A DNA stretch of 64,000 bases, from the NCBI GenBank assembly GCA_030770535.1, contig JASVEC010000013.1, positions 248,001 to 312,000 on the forward strand, written 5' to 3'. Positions 63,213 through 64,000 of the stretch are shown piece after piece; the stretch's first letter is position 1; the number at the start of each line of letters is the position of its first letter. This stretch comes from Batkoa obscura. Taxonomy: Eukaryota. The translations under genes and the position numbers were made by a program. The notes beneath the pieces are model-generated. The model saw only the letters and a list, made by a program, of their open reading frames with translations. It ran no database searches and was not told the origin of the DNA.

Positions 63213-64000
63213 ATGCAAGAACTTCAATTCCAACTAGAAAACTTACCATATTTTATACTAAAGCAAATAACAGAATTATTGCAAATCAAAGATGCTTTAA
63301 AGCTTTTACTTGTTTCCAAAGATTGGAATAAAGTGTTTACACCAGTAATCTGGGAAGATTTAGATCCAAGTTATACAGGAAGCGAACTTAAAGTAATGAG
63401 AAAAGCATTTAAAAATATGGTAAATATATCAAAACGTTATGGATAAGGGATGGGAAGTATATTAAATATATTCCAAAGCATTATAGAAATGCTACCACTA
63501 TGTTTATAACTTCAAAGCATTATTTTTTAAATTTGGAGAAATATAAAAATTTAAGTTTAACGGAGTTAAATTATGATAGTGGTATGGAACCTGTTTTAAA
63601 TCAAAGTGGAAATGAAAATCTTTTATGTAACACTCAACTCAAACAATTACTCAAAAACGTAACCTCATTGACCACCGATAAAATTGATGACTATTTTATA
63701 GATTTTGTACTACCAAATGTACCAAGAAATATTAAGAGTATATGTTTATTTAGTCGAGACTTTGGATTTGAATCCATCGAATTGATATTAACAAACTTTC
63801 AAAACTTACAAGATTTAAGATTATTTATAGACTTATGTCAACAAGATCTACTCTTATTTCAAAACCATATGTTCAAGTCACTGAAAACTTTATATCTAAA
63901 TTCTTTCACTTCGGACGATAGATTCAATATTAATTTCAATCATTTTCCTGCATTGACTAAATTACATTTAGACTATGTTTGTAATCTATACTTACATGGT
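63213..64000 (+). pseudogene. F-box + LRR gene running off the window; single frameshift in an A-run at ~63412
   Basis: LENLPYFILKQITELL...LLLVSKDWNKVFTPVIWEDL. After the shift the frame is open to 64000 and aligns with the 20803 paralog; may be intact if the indel is an error. Confidence 0.75.

Overview
Very AT-rich eukaryotic DNA with short GT-AG introns. Gene content and the F-box/LRR expansion suggest an early-diverging fungus (Conidiobolus-like Entomophthoromycotina is an inference, not proven). The right part (45-64 kb) is mostly housekeeping: UTP25, KSH1 (missed by the ORF track), VPS41, UGP1, an AIF/AMID-type oxidoreductase, plus F-box/LRR and FMN-reductase pseudogenes. The left part has a spliced GST, tRNA-iMet, tRNA-Asp, a divergent pair of small paralogous homeodomain genes, TCAB1/WRAP53 and a REEP/HVA22 gene. 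The most striking structure is a 21-kb array (23.2-44.6 kb) of 13 secreted prepro-protein genes and pseudogenes. They share a leader and promoter but have hypervariable Gly/Gln/Tyr/Phe-rich cores. In four members a WW(W)-type C-terminus appears to be a frameshifted reading of the ancestral GGGN...LLGIL tail. A secreted-gene/cytoplasmic-partner cassette occurs twice in mirror orientation. At least four small TIR (MITE-like) families, a decayed LINE-like remnant and CpA->TpA-biased (RIP-like) decay of duplicates are also visible. All homology calls are by eye from motifs; no searches were run.
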